A stretch of DNA of 64,000 nucleotides from an uncultured Verrucomicrobiae bacterium (GCA_963765205.1 CAVXVB010000007.1:64001-128000); one strand, 5' to 3'; positions 30,373 to 41,833 are shown, numbered from the stretch's first letter. Numbers and translations: made by a program. The notes: generated by a model not told the origin, from the sequence alone.

Positions 30373-32496
30373 ATGCGCTTCAAACTCACCCTGCTTTTGC
30401 TGCTGGCCAACCTGGCCGTGTTCTTCGTGCTGTGGCGGCTGAACCGGCCGCCGCCGATCGAGCCGAAGGCGAGCGGGCCGGTGGCGCGGGATTTCACGCC
30501 GGACCGCATCCTGATCAACGACCACGCGCGCAATGAGGTGCGCGAGATAAAACGGGACACGCCGGACAGCCCGTATCGCATCGTCCAGCCGTTTGACTGG
30601 CCGGCGAATGAATTTGCGGTGCGCGCCATCTATTCAAATTTGCAAGAGCTGGACGTGGGCGCGAACATCACGCCGGAGGAGCTCCGGCAAGGGGGGCAAA
30701 ACTTGAAGGATTTCGGCCTCGACCAGCCGATTTTGGAGGTGACGCTGGCGGATGCGACTCACACGCAAACGCTGCTGGTGGGCAAGCCGACGGCGCGGGG
30801 CGAGAATATTTACGCCATGAACCCGGCGGACAAGATCGTGCGCGTCATCGCGCAAAGCGCGCTGGCGAGCCTGTTTGCGCCGATCGAGGATTTGCGGGAC
30901 GACAGTATTTTTACGACGCAGGGGTTTGACGCGCAAAGCTTGTCCATCAAATCGCCGAACCTGGTGAAGTTTGTGAAGGATGGGGATGTGTGGTGGCTTG
31001 ACACCCCGCTGCGGCGGCCGGCGGACACGGAGAATGTAAACCGCGTCATCTCCGCGCTGGATGACCTCAAGGTGCAGCGATTTTTGACGCCGGCCGAGGC
31101 GGCGGATGCGACCCGGCTGGGGCTGGCGGAGTCGAACTACACGGTTGAGTTGCAGGGCGAAACGAGCCAGACGCTGCATGTGGGCGCGGATGTGCCCGAC
31201 GCCCCGGCCGCGGCGCCGGAAGTTTATGGACAGATGGAGGGCAGCAAGGTCGTGTTCACCCTGTCGAAAAAGGGGGACTTGTTCACGAAAATCCTGCCGC
31301 AAGCGCAGGATTTGCTGCGGCAGCGCCATTTTCTGGATTTTGACCCGACGAAGGTCACGACGCTGAGCGTCAAATCGCCGGAGAGCGAAGTCATCGTGGA
31401 CCATCTGGCGAACCAGACGTGGCAGGTGCGGGACAAGGACAGCGCGGGGCAGCCGCACCCGTTTGACGCGGACACGGCGACGGTGCAGGCACTGCTGATG
31501 GGCCTGGAAAACCTGGCCGCCAAGAATTTTGCGAGTGACGCGCCGGGCGACCTGGCGCCGTTTGGCCTGGCCGTGCCGTGGCGCACGGTCGCGCTGCACA
31601 CGACGGACCAAGTCTTGACGGTGGATTTGGGCGAGACGGCGGCGGCGGATGCGACGGCGGCCCCGCATTACTACGCCAAGGTCGAGGGCGCGGACACGGT
31701 ATATGAATTGGACGGGGCGGTGTTCAACCAGCTCGAACCGCAAATGGATGCGGAGCCGCTGCACTTCCGCGACCGCGTGCTGGAGAGCCTGCCGGCCAGC
31801 GCGCAAATCACCACGCTCAAGCTGAGCCACCTGACCGACAACCAGGACATCTATAATGGAACGTTGCCGGACAACACCACGTGGGACAAATATCTGCCCA
31901 ACACGGACACGAGCACAAGCGCGCGACGCACGGCGTTGCTGGATTTGCTCAATTACGTAAAAAAGTTTGTGGTGCAGGATTACCGCGCGGCGGCGTTCAC
32001 CGACGACTATCAACAACCGATGCCAGCCCCGACGCCGCCGGTGGAACTGCCGTGGCGCTTCCGGCTGGACGCGGTGGTGCAAATCCCCGCGGAGGGCGCG
32101 ACGCCTGGGCAAAACAAGACCCTGAGTTTTTATTTTACGGACGCACTGCATGGGTCGCAGCAAATCGGCGGGGCCAAGGAGCCCGCGCCGGGGGCCATTT
32201 TCGACCTGGCCCCGGGCCTGATTTTCGACCTGGGCATGCTGACCCCGGACGCGAACCGGCCCGCGGTGGTGACGCAAATCCTGGAGCAGGTTTCGCAGCC
32301 GATCAACCCGCTGCCGGGGCCGCCGGCGGCGACCCCTGCGCCGGGGCCGGCGCCTGTACCGGTGGAACCCGCAACGAATACGCCACCGCCCGCGGCCCCG
32401 ACGCCCGTCCCGCCGGTGACGCCAACACCGGCAGCGACGGAAGCCGCCCCGGCGGGCAGCGCCGCACCGGCCGCGAATACGACGGGCACGCCGTGA
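30373..32496 (+). CDS. DUF4340-domain protein
   Basis: N-terminal TM, repeated 'L..FGL..P' units, usual position after GldG, Pro-rich tail. Confidence 0.75.
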   Translation: MRFKLTLLLLLANLAVFFVLWRLNRPPPIEPKASGPVARDFTPDRILINDHARNEVREIKRDTPDSPYRIVQPFDWPANEFAVRAIYSNLQELDVGANITPEELRQGGQNLKDFGLDQPILEVTLADATHTQTLLVGKPTARGENIYAMNPADKIVRVIAQSALASLFAPIEDLRDDSIFTTQGFDAQSLSIKSPNLVKFVKDGDVWWLDTPLRRPADTENVNRVISALDDLKVQRFLTPAEAADATRLGLAESNYTVELQGETSQTLHVGADVPDAPAAAPEVYGQMEGSKVVFTLSKKGDLFTKILPQAQDLLRQRHFLDFDPTKVTTLSVKSPESEVIVDHLANQTWQVRDKDSAGQPHPFDADTATVQALLMGLENLAAKNFASDAPGDLAPFGLAVPWRTVALHTTDQVLTVDLGETAAADATAAPHYYAKVEGADTVYELDGAVFNQLEPQMDAEPLHFRDRVLESLPASAQITTLKLSHLTDNQDIYNGTLPDNTTWDKYLPNTDTSTSARRTALLDLLNYVKKFVVQDYRAAAFTDDYQQPMPAPTPPVELPWRFRLDAVVQIPAEGATPGQNKTLSFYFTDALHGSQQIGGAKEPAPGAIFDLAPGLIFDLGMLTPDANRPAVVTQILEQVSQPINPLPGPPAATPAPGPAPVPVEPATNTPPPAAPTPVPPVTPTPAATEAAPAGSAAPAANTTGTP

Positions 32497-32571
32497 TGTT
32501 TATAGATAGCCAGCGGCCAGGAGGGTTTTCGGCGAGCGACGCCCCTGGCGGCAATGGGGCGAAGGGCCGGG

Positions 32572-34740
32572 CTAGGACTTGGGCGGGGTGAGGGGCGTGC
32601 CGTCGGGTTTGTAAAACTGGTTTAATTCGAGGCGGAGGTAGTCATAGACCACGCCGGTGGTGACATCGCCGGCGGGGACGGTGAGGGTCATGGTGTTTTC
32701 GCCGGGTTTGAGGAGGGTGGCGTCGAAGGTCAAGGTGCGTTCCTGCCAGATGCCCATGTCGGTGTTGTAACGGATGGCGTTGGTGGACACAATCGGGGCG
32801 TTGGCGACCGAGCTGTTGTCGCCGATGGCGCCAACGCTCCGGCCATTGACGGCCACGTCCAGCGTGCGGCCACCGTCGGCACCGGCCAGGGCCACGCGCA
32901 AAGCCGCGAAACCTTGCGAGGGCTTGTCCATGTTAAATTTGATGGTCCAGGTGGTGGCGCGGCCCTGGCCATAGATGCGCCAGGGGCCGGTTTGGTCGGT
33001 TTGCGGATAGTCAGCCGGAGACTCGCCTTTGACCCAGCCGAAGCGCTGGTTGGCGGGATCTTTCGCCTTGGGGTTCACGAAGGAGAGGTTGGTGGCGTGC
33101 GGGACTTCCTCGAAGAACCAGTCTTTGTGGTAATCGCTTTTACCGATGGTGTAGGTGAGGTCGTTGGGAAAGAGGAGGGCATAGCGCAGGGGCCAGCCCC
33201 AGAGCCAGTAATCGGCGCCATCGCCTTTGAGGAATTTGCCGCCGGTGCGGTCGGGGTAGCCGATGTCCCAGACTTGCTGGCCGTAGCGGAGGGGCTTCCA
33301 CTCGATTTGGCCGAGGTCCAGGTTCTGGCCGGCGGCGACGGTGATGTTGGCCTGGGCGAATTCACCGAGCACGCCGTCGGCAAAGGCATGGAGGGTGTAG
33401 GTTCCGGGACGGACATTGGCGATGGAGAAGTGGCCGTCTTCGTGGCCGTTGGCCCAGAACTGGTAGTAATTGGCGTCGTGATCCCAAGTGACTTTGTTGC
33501 CGTTGCCGGAGCGCTGGGCAAAAGCGCCGCCCGCGCCGATGTAATCGGGGTGGGTGAGGCCGATGCTCAAGTGGGGCAATTTGGTGGAGGCGGCCTGGGG
33601 GTCGTTGAGGACCAACTGGCCGGTGACGGTGGCGCGCCCGTCTTTCTGCGGGTAGTCCACGCCTTGCACCCAGGTGAAGGGCCACTGGGCTTGGGTGACT
33701 TTGGCCTGGTTGAGGGCGTCTTGAAAGAGGGCGTTCGCGTTATTGGTCCAGGCGGCGGGGATGGTGGGGTTGCCGGCGGTGGCGGCAAGGGTGTCGAGGT
33801 CGGCCTGGGAGGGGGTCTGGGGGTTTTGGAGGGAATTGTAATAGACAAAGATGGGGCCGACGACCTTGTTCCAGACTTCGCCGGCGAGGATGTTGCATTC
33901 GGCGCCGCCGGCGTAATGGCCGGAGGTCCAGTAGTCGAGCATGGTGGCGCCCATGTGGCAGACGAGGTCAATGCGGGTGGGGCCGCCGCCGAGGTATTCG
34001 TTGGAGGGGTTGATGAACCAGACGCCGACGTGGTCCTTGATGCTGGACCAGCCGTAGGCGGGGAGCTGATACATGCGGGCGCAGTAGCTGTATTTGTGCT
34101 CGACGGAATTTTGATAGATGCCGGTGTTGAGGATGCGCTGTTCCTTGGCGTGGATGACGACGCCGGTGCGCTCGTCGGCGTTGCTGCACATGGGCATATT
34201 GCGGTCGGCATCCACCGAGAGCCAGTCGAAGTTGGCGGTGAGTTGGTTGATGAAGCGGCTTTCGCCTTCGCCGGCGGCGGGGTAGCCAGCGCCGTGCGAG
34301 TAAATGGCGTAGGTGTAAAAGCCGCTGACGCCGCGTTCGAGGGCATAGCGTACTTCGATGTCCATGCGGCCATCCACGCCTTTGACGGCGACTTCGGCGC
34401 GGGTGCCTCCGTTTTTAGCCGGGTCAATAGTCAGCGCCTGGGTGACGGTGCCGGAGGGGTATTGCTCCCAGCCTTCGGAGTTGCGGGTCAGCGTCTCGGC
34501 GCCGTGGTAAATCAAGGAGGTGAGTTTGCCGGAGCTTTTCAAGACGGTGGCCTTGATGATGCTGTTGTCGAGGATCCAGGAGGTGCCGTTGTCGGTGACG
34601 GTGACGGGGGAGTTGACGGCGGGTTGGGCGACGACGGGGGCGGCGGAGTCCGCCGCGTGAAGCGCCGGCTGGGCGAGCGCTCCGAAAACAAAAGCCAACG
34701 CCAACCAAGGGCGCAGGCCGGTTGAAACGACGATATGCAT
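32572..34740 (-). CDS. Secreted rhamnogalacturonan lyase (polysaccharide lyase family 4)
   Basis: Signal peptide; VEHKY, GVWFINPSNEYLGGGP, YQFW...G.F.I.NVRPGTYTL, VWDIG.PDR and YDYLRLE motifs. Confidence 0.85.
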   Translation of the reverse strand: MHIVVSTGLRPWLALAFVFGALAQPALHAADSAAPVVAQPAVNSPVTVTDNGTSWILDNSIIKATVLKSSGKLTSLIYHGAETLTRNSEGWEQYPSGTVTQALTIDPAKNGGTRAEVAVKGVDGRMDIEVRYALERGVSGFYTYAIYSHGAGYPAAGEGESRFINQLTANFDWLSVDADRNMPMCSNADERTGVVIHAKEQRILNTGIYQNSVEHKYSYCARMYQLPAYGWSSIKDHVGVWFINPSNEYLGGGPTRIDLVCHMGATMLDYWTSGHYAGGAECNILAGEVWNKVVGPIFVYYNSLQNPQTPSQADLDTLAATAGNPTIPAAWTNNANALFQDALNQAKVTQAQWPFTWVQGVDYPQKDGRATVTGQLVLNDPQAASTKLPHLSIGLTHPDYIGAGGAFAQRSGNGNKVTWDHDANYYQFWANGHEDGHFSIANVRPGTYTLHAFADGVLGEFAQANITVAAGQNLDLGQIEWKPLRYGQQVWDIGYPDRTGGKFLKGDGADYWLWGWPLRYALLFPNDLTYTIGKSDYHKDWFFEEVPHATNLSFVNPKAKDPANQRFGWVKGESPADYPQTDQTGPWRIYGQGRATTWTIKFNMDKPSQGFAALRVALAGADGGRTLDVAVNGRSVGAIGDNSSVANAPIVSTNAIRYNTDMGIWQERTLTFDATLLKPGENTMTLTVPAGDVTTGVVYDYLRLELNQFYKPDGTPLTPPKS

Positions 34741-34939
34741 GGGGTTGCCTTTCCTAAACGGGGTGAAAACACATTATCCCAAACTGGGGGGAACGGGGAT
34801 GCCAGGTGCTTTTTACGTAGACCGTTGGGGCTGAGGAGGCAAGCCGGAAGATGGGGCGGGGTGGAGGGGAGTGGACGCGGGGTGAAGACCCGGCTTGGAA
34901 TCTGCGGGGGAATGGTTTAAATGGAAAGCTTCCCCGCCC

Positions 34940-37889
34940 GTGCCCGACCCCGCGCCCAACGCCGTTCCCGCCCGCCGCCGGACGCCGTGGTGGTTCCGGC
35001 TGTTGCGGCTGGTGCTGAACCTGGCGCTGCTGGCGGTGCTGGGTTTGCAGCTTTTCACGCTGGTGCTTTTGGGCACGGACCAGCATTTGCGGCTGCCGGG
35101 TTTTGCCCGCCACGCGCTCGAGGACCGGCTGAAGGAACAGGGGCTGGTGGTTTCCTTCAGCGGGCTGGATGTGAGTTTTTCCGGAAGTTTGTTATTGCAC
35201 GACCCGAAGATTTTCCTGGCGGGCTCAACCGAACCGGTGGCCGAGGCGGATTTGCTGTATGCGGAGCCGGACTGGCTGACGTTGCTGCTCGGGCACCGGC
35301 TGTCGTTCAGCGAGGTGCGGCTGGTCAACGCGAATTTTTATTGCCTGCCGGAAGATTCGCCCACGGGGTTGCGCGAGCCGTTTATCACGCGGCTGGACAC
35401 GGCTTTGTTGAGCCAGGGGGCGCATTGGTGGCTGCTGGACCATCTGCATGGGCACTTTCTCAATGTGCAGTTGTTTGCGCAGGGGACGTTTTTCCTCGAG
35501 CCGCTGACGGTGAGGCCCGCGCCGACGGCGACCCTCGCGGCGCTTTACCGGCAATTTGCGCGCGCGGTGCTGGACCTCGAGCCGCAATTTGCGCGCGCGG
35601 ACCATCCCTCGGTCGCGGTGCGGCTCGAGGGCGAAGAGCCCGGGCTGACAAAAATCCACCTTACCGCGCTGGTGGAGCAGGCCCAACCGCCGATACCCGG
35701 GCTCGAATTCGACGGGGAGTCGCTGCGGCTCAATGCGACGTGGGACGGGCAGGCCTTGCGCGCGAATGGCCCGCTCTTCACCTGGATAAAATCCGTCCAC
35801 TACGCGCCGGTGGCAGCGGACGGGACGAAGCACGAAATTTTCGCGGCGGAGGCGGTGGCGGCGCGCATTCCCCTGGCGGAGGGCGCGGCGGGAATATTCA
35901 GTGGCGCGCCGCCGCGTTGCGCGATCACGGCGGCGACCACGCAGCTGGGTGATTTTGCCTGCGACAGCGTGGCGGCCAAGCTGGATTTGCGCGCATGGCC
36001 GCGGCTGCCGTTTTCCGCGCATGTCACGCAGGGGTTGGACGCGGCGCAAGTTACCGGCACGGCGGAGCTGGCGCCGCACGACGGGACGCTCGACTGGCAT
36101 GGGGGCGATTTCGAGATCCGCGCGGAGGCGCACCTGGCGACGATCCTGGCGGCGACGCACCAGCAATTGCCCGAGCTGGCCGGGCCGCTGCAACTGGCCG
36201 GGCCGGTGCAGGTGAACGGCCACGTCGCCCTCGCGCCGGACCTTCAGATGCAGGCGGCGGATTTCACGGTGTTCGCCGATGATGTCCACTATGAACAAAT
36301 TAATTTGGACACCTTTTTTGCGCAGGGCGAACTGACGCGCGAGGCGGCGGGGGGCTATGTGCTGGAGCTGCCGCGGGTGGCGGGCGCGAACCGTTCGTGG
36401 CAGACTCGAGGCGGGGTATTTCGAGAATTTACGGACCCACGACTTCCGGATCGCCGCCTGGGGCGACATCGAGCCGCGCGTGCTGGATCCGTATTTCAAG
36501 TGGGCGGAGTGGTGGACGCCGCTGTGGGAGGCGATTGTGCCCGGCGGCCAGTGGCCGCAGATTGATTTTTCCTACCTGGGGAACTGGGACGCGCCGTTGC
36601 CGGAGAACACGGTGGATTTGGCGGTGGCCGCCGCGGGGGCGCGCGTGCGGGGCGTGCCGACGGACCGACTGAGCCTGCGCGCCCGGACCCGGCCCGATTA
36701 TATAGCAATTTATGATATTGACGCCCAGGCCAGCGGCGGGGGCGGCCTGACCGGCGCGCTGGTCTGGGCGATGAAGCCGAATTACATGCAGTTCATCGAG
36801 CAACGGGCCATCGTGGAGAGCACGCTGCCGCTGGCGACCGTGGCCGCGCTGGGCGGCCCCGAGATGGCCGCGGCGTTGCGGCCGCTGGATTGCCCGATCC
36901 CGCCCGTCACCCAGGTGGACCAGCGGGTGGGTGGCTCGGCGAATGCGCGGCCGGGCGCAATGGCCACCAAAATTCACGCCGAGCTGGCCACGCCCTTTCA
37001 CGCCTACCGGGTGCCGCTCGATTCCCTGGTGCTTGATTTCACGGATTATGGGACGTGGGCAGACGTGCCGCGCTGCGATTTTACCGTGGCGGGAGGCACG
37101 GTGCAGGCGCAAGCCAGGCTCGTGCATCATAAGGGGGCCGACGAATTAAGTTTTGCCGCGCTGCTGCGCTCGGCGCGGGCCACAGATTTTCTCGAGGCAT
37201 TGAGCCAGTTGGGTTACAGGGACAAATCGGCCCCGACCACTGCGCCGGCTCCGGCCGAGGCGGCGGCGGCGAAGAATCCCACGGTGGGCCCCGGCGACGC
37301 CGCGCATCCGGCGCTGCTGGATGTGGCGCTGGCGGGGCGGATGACGCTCAACCAGCCGGATTCGCTGGCCGCGCGCGGCACAGCGCGGCTGGCCGGCGCG
37401 CAACTCGGGCAGTTGCACCTGCTCGGCGGCCTCTCGCGCGCGCTGGAGGACTCGAAAGTGTCGCTGGGTAATTTCAATTTGACCGACGCAACGAGCGATT
37501 TGCAAATCGCGCATCAATTCGTGCGCTTGCCGAACCTGGTCGTCACGGGGCCGACGGCGCGGGTCGTCTCCGCCGGTGTTTACAATTACGGGGCGGACGA
37601 CCTGAATTTCAACGTGCTGATTTTTCCCCTGGGCGAATCCAATTCCTTTTTTTTCAAACAAATCTCCAACCTGACGAATCCCTTCAGCAACACGCTCACT
37701 TTCAAACTCCACGGCAAAATGGAAAATCCCACGTGGAATGTGAGCATGGATCCGCTGCGGCTGTTCAAGGACCAGACGGTCGAGTGCCCGGCGATTCCGG
37801 GCTATCCCGCGAACGCCGAGGGCGCGCCCGCGCTGCCGGACTTGCCAGCGGTACCCGACTTGCCGACGGCGGTGGTGGAGAAGAAATGA
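34940..37889 (+). CDS. AsmA-like (YhdP/TamB-type) envelope protein (frameshift near 36410)
   Basis: N-terminal TM, long beta-rich body and AsmA-like C-terminus (LHLLGGLS...FKLHGKMENPTW); ORFs 34895-36565 plus 36357-37889. Confidence 0.65.
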
Positions 37890-38066
37890 CCGGGGGAATT
37901 GCTGAGTGCTGAGTGCGGAATGCGGTCTGGCGAATGTGGCCCCTACCACCACTCAATCGCAAATGGACTGGATGGACTATATAGACTCTATGTAACGGAA
38001 TTGACGACCTTCCAAAAGGTTCATGGAATGGGAATTACGGGTGAAATTGTCCGGATCGCAATATTT

Positions 38067-38369
38067 ATGATACCGATTCGAAATTCAAAAAGAACCAGAT
38101 CAGCCCGCTACCTAGCGAGCGTCATATTCCTTCTGCTTCTGGCCGGTTGCGCATCGCCGGCGGCCACTCCAGAGCACACCTACACCATCGTCAGAGGCGA
38201 TAACTTCAGCATGGTCGCCAGCAAATTCAACATTAGCGTAAGGGCCATCGAAGAGGCCAACCCCGGGGTGGATTCCGCGCGCCTGCGCATCGGCCAGGTC
38301 CTCGTGATTCCGGCCGTGCCTCCCTTGTCCGGCGCTGCGAGTGTCCCCGTGGCGCCGGAACAAAAGTGA
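38067..38369 (+). CDS. LysM-domain lipoprotein
   Basis: Lipobox LAGC; LysM motif YTIVRGDNFSMVASKFNISVRAIEEANP...LRIGQVLVIP. Confidence 0.85.
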   Translation: MIPIRNSKRTRSARYLASVIFLLLLAGCASPAATPEHTYTIVRGDNFSMVASKFNISVRAIEEANPGVDSARLRIGQVLVIPAVPPLSGAASVPVAPEQK

Positions 38370-38578
38370 CGGAAGGAATTGCTGGAAGCGATTCAGCTTA
38401 ACAGGTTTTCGGTGGGCGTGGTTGGTTTTTGGCTCTGGAATTCCGCACTCCGCACTCAGCAATCGGAAATTTGCGTTACCCAACCGATCAAACCCATCCA
38501 ACCTAGCCAACGCAGCCAACCGAGCACTAACACTTTTTATTTTTCTGTGGTAAGGTGCATGGCGTCCCAAGACCGCCC

Positions 38579-39450
38579 ATGCCTTCCTCCGCCACTGCTT
38601 CCGCCAACGGCCGCACCCCGGTTGGCTCCGCCCCCGGCCCCGCGCCCTCGCCGCACTTCACGTGCGAGCGCATCACCAGCGACCGCCGCCTGCGCTTCAA
38701 CCCGATCCGGCATCTGTCGCCGGAGTCGCTGGCGCGGGCGCTCGACGCCTTTCATCTGGGCTACCTGCGGCCGGCGGCGCTGCTGTGGGATGCGATGGAG
38801 CGGCGCGACGACGTGTTGCAGGGGGTGGCGGCCAAGCGGAAGAAATCCGTCGCGCGGCTGGATGGGGAAATTCTGGCCGACGATGCTTCACCCGTCGCGC
38901 AACAACACCAGCGCGCGCTGGAGTTCTTTTATGGCAATCTGACCGCGACGCACGCCTGCGAACCCAACCAGCGCGGGGCCTGGCGCTGCTCGTCAAGCAG
39001 ATGCTCGATGCATTGGGCAAAAAATACGCCGTCCACGAAATTGTCTGGCAGCGTTGCGCGGCGCCGGCGGACTTTTCGAGCCAGGATGATTCCGCTTCCA
39101 ACTCGAAACTAAATTTACCGCGCACCATGCTGACGGCGACGTTTCGCTTTGCGCCGCTGTGGTTTTTTGAGGCGCGCTCCGGCCCGCTGCGATTTTTGCC
39201 GGATGAGCTGGCTTATGAAGGCGTGGACCTGGCGCCGGGCCAATGGCTCGTCACCGCCACCGATGGCTTGATGGAGAGTTGCTCCATTGTGTATTTATAT
39301 AAGCATCTGCCCTTGCGCGACTGGCTCATTTATTGCGAGCGCAACGGCATGCCCGGAGTGCGCGGAGTGACGGAAGCCGCGCCGGGCACGCCGGAATAGG
39401 AGGCGGCGCGCGAGGCCGTGCGCGATTTCGGCGCGGAGTTTTCCAGTCGC
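38579..39450 (+). pseudogene. Phage portal protein remnant (DUF935 / Mu gp29-like)
   Basis: LWDAMERRD...KRKKSV, MLDALGKKYAVHEIVW, DWLIYCERNGMP; frameshift near 38975, TAG at 39397, truncated 3' end. Confidence 0.65.
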
Positions 39451-39456
39451 GGCAAC

Positions 39457-39606
39457 CGACAGTCATTCCTTGTTAAGGACGGAAAGATCGTCTGGTTGGA
39501 ACTGCAAGCCAGCACTGCTGAACAAGCGAACGATGTAAAAAAGGCCCTTGCCGCTCTAAAGACTCCCTCAATGTCAATGCCGACGAATTCGTCTACCGCT
39601 AAATAG
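39457..39606 (+). pseudogene. 3' fragment of a peroxiredoxin (BCP-like) gene
   Basis: RQSFLVKDGKIVWLELQASTAEQANDV resembles a peroxiredoxin C-terminus; lower GC than the portal fragment it is fused to. Confidence 0.45.
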
Positions 39607-39793
39607 CGTTGAGTGGTTTGGTGGCCATCAAATAGAAATAGACAAAAAGTTATTATAAACAATAATATATAATTTGTTTAATATTATTATACATATTTGA
39701 TGATTATCCAATACCTGAAATTTACTGATCCAAGTCGCCAAGCTACTAGGTTAAGACGCTATGGCCTAATAGGTTACGCGTTTAACCATGGGC

Positions 39794-39953
39794 GTAAACC
39801 TGGACTTCAGTCCACGGAAGCTGGTCGGCGTTCCCCCGCGTCGCGTAGCGACGCTTGACGGAAGCGCAGCCGCGCGTTGGCGGGAACCTCAAGCGTCGCT
39901 ACGCGACGCACGGTGGAGGGCGTTCCGTTCCCATGGACTGAAGTCCATGGCTA
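39794..39953. repeat. Nested inverted-repeat element (REPIN/MITE-like)
   Basis: Outer TGGACTTCAGTCCA (39801-39814) / TGGACTGAAGTCCA (39934-39947); inner perfect 21-bp inverted repeat 39838-39858 / 39889-39909. Confidence 0.8.
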
Positions 39954-40071
39954 TTTTCGAGTCGTCACTCCGTGACTGCGCAAAACCCGAGATGAGCACC
40001 TAAATGCCCCTTGCCACCGTTCATTTTTTGCTTCTTGGGCGTTTGTGTGGTAGATTGCATCCTCTCACCCG

Positions 40072-40269
40072 ATGAATCTTCCCCAAATTATAGCTGAGGC
40101 TGGCCTTAACCAAGCTTCGCCGCTGATGCTGGCGGTGGTCGTCTTTATCGCCGTCGTGGCGCTAATCATCGCGGTCAAGGTGGCGGTTTTTATCATCCGT
40201 GTGATTTGCATCCTCGTTTGTCTCGCGCTAATCGGCGGGGTGGTCTGGCATTTGATGGGTGGGCTTTAA
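40072..40269 (+). CDS. Small membrane protein
   Basis: 65 aa with two hydrophobic helices. Confidence 0.6.
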   Translation: MNLPQIIAEAGLNQASPLMLAVVVFIAVVALIIAVKVAVFIIRVICILVCLALIGGVVWHLMGGL

Positions 40270-40313
40270 GGTAGTCAGGAAAGAACATAGAATAACCCGA
40301 CCCCGTACGTCCC

Positions 40314-40805
40314 TTATTTGCTCGCCCAGACAATCTCCTTGAACCAACCGCCTCCTTTGAGGAACGTCAGTTCCCAGCGAAACAAGTATACAGGCCCTTT
40401 TGGCAGCACGAAATGTGCTCTAAGGGTGCTCTCGGTCTTGGGTTCCAAGATGCAACTAGGATATGTTTCATATGGATTCTGCTTGGTCACTAACTGAAGA
40501 TGCTGCCTGTTTTCTTCATTTAAGGGGCAGCTGCTCAGGTTTTGTGGAATGCTGTATGCTGACACTAAAATCTCTTTCGTATTGAGCTCGATAGGAGACT
40601 TGCCTCGGTTGTTCCATAAGGCACGAACCGTAACAACAACTGAAGCATTAGAAAGGTCATTTGAATCTATTTTTAAATCACCATCAAGTGACTCAATTTC
40701 AAATCGCTTCTTCAATACAAAGAGGTAAAAGGTCCAAATGCCGCCAATGATGATGGCGAAGGCTTCGACCCAATTCTTAACGATCTCTGAAATATCAGGA
40801 GGCAT
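40314..40805 (-). CDS. Hypothetical low-GC protein with one N-terminal TM helix
   Basis: AT-rich ORF, ATG at 40805. Confidence 0.6.
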   Translation of the reverse strand: MPPDISEIVKNWVEAFAIIIGGIWTFYLFVLKKRFEIESLDGDLKIDSNDLSNASVVVTVRALWNNRGKSPIELNTKEILVSAYSIPQNLSSCPLNEENRQHLQLVTKQNPYETYPSCILEPKTESTLRAHFVLPKGPVYLFRWELTFLKGGGWFKEIVWASK

Positions 40806-40867
40806 GGTGTTGTTTTGGATATTATGATTAAAGGCTAAAATCGCGGCGGGATTGATGAATTTCAAGT

Positions 40868-41833
40868 TTAAGAGGAATGAGCAGCGGCGGGCGCGGCGGA
40901 ATCGGCGGGTTTGGCGGCAGGGGCGGGGGCGTCAATTTTGGCGAGGAGGTCGAGCATGCGTTTCCAGGAGTCTTCGGCGGCTTTTTTGTTGGCGGCGTTG
41001 GTGTTGTCCAACTGGCCGAGGCGCATGAAGCCGTGGGCGGCGCCGGGATAAACAACGGCGTCGTAGGTTTTGCCGGCGGCTTTCATAGCGGTGGTTTCGG
41101 CGGGGACGGCGGCGGCGAGGTTGCGGTCGGTCTCGCCGTAGAAGCCGTAGATGGGGGCGTTGACCTTGGGCATGTCCGCGACGAGGAGCATGGGCGCGCC
41201 GTAGAACACGAAGGCGGCCTTGATGTCCTTGTTCACGGTCGAAAACGCGAAGGCCTTGCCGCCGCCCCAGCAAAATCCGGCGATGGCGAGGTTGCCGTCG
41301 CAGGCGTCCAATTTCTTGGCGTAGTCCATCACGGCGCCCAAATCGGCCAGGACTTGTTCCGGGGGCAACTTGCCGATGGCCACGGTGACTTGGGATTCAG
41401 GGAGGTCCGTCGTGCCGCCTTTGTTCGGGCCTTCGCCGGAGAGCAGGTCGGGGACGAGGACGATGTAGCCGGCTTCGGCGAGTTGGTCGGCGGCGGCGCG
41501 CACCCAATCGCTCAGGCCAAAAATCTCATGGACGAGGACGACGGCCATGGCTTTGTTTTTGTCCATCGGATAATAGACGAGGGTTTCCACTTCGCGGTCG
41601 CCCTGTTTGATTTTCACGACATCCATGTGCCGGGTGGATTTGGTGAGGCGGTCGGTGATGTTTTTGGAGATGGGGTGGACGATGGTGCCGGTGTTGGCGG
41701 CGGCGGCGGGCGCGGGGGCAGGCGCAGTCGCGGAAGCGGCGGGGGCGGCAGGCTGGGAAGTTTGGGCGAGGGCGAAGGCGGCGATGGCGCCAACGGCGAA
41801 GGCGGCGAGGATTTGGAGGGAGGGGGTTTTCAT
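40868..41833 (-). CDS. Dienelactone hydrolase family protein, exported
   Basis: Signal peptide; HEIFGL, GFCWGG nucleophile motif, YPGAAHGF. Confidence 0.9.
   Translation of the reverse strand: MKTPSLQILAAFAVGAIAAFALAQTSQPAAPAASATAPAPAPAAAANTGTIVHPISKNITDRLTKSTRHMDVVKIKQGDREVETLVYYPMDKNKAMAVVLVHEIFGLSDWVRAAADQLAEAGYIVLVPDLLSGEGPNKGGTTDLPESQVTVAIGKLPPEQVLADLGAVMDYAKKLDACDGNLAIAGFCWGGGKAFAFSTVNKDIKAAFVFYGAPMLLVADMPKVNAPIYGFYGETDRNLAAAVPAETTAMKAAGKTYDAVVYPGAAHGFMRLGQLDNTNAANKKAAEDSWKRMLDLLAKIDAPAPAAKPADSAAPAAAHSS

Noticed and set aside
39630..39730. AT-rich tract as the origin unwinding element
   Set aside because: No consensus DnaA boxes nearby, about 19 kb from the skew switch, and adjacent to a phage scar.
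38579..40805. Intact prophage
   Set aside because: Only a broken portal fragment; no terminase, capsid, tail, integrase or transposase genes.
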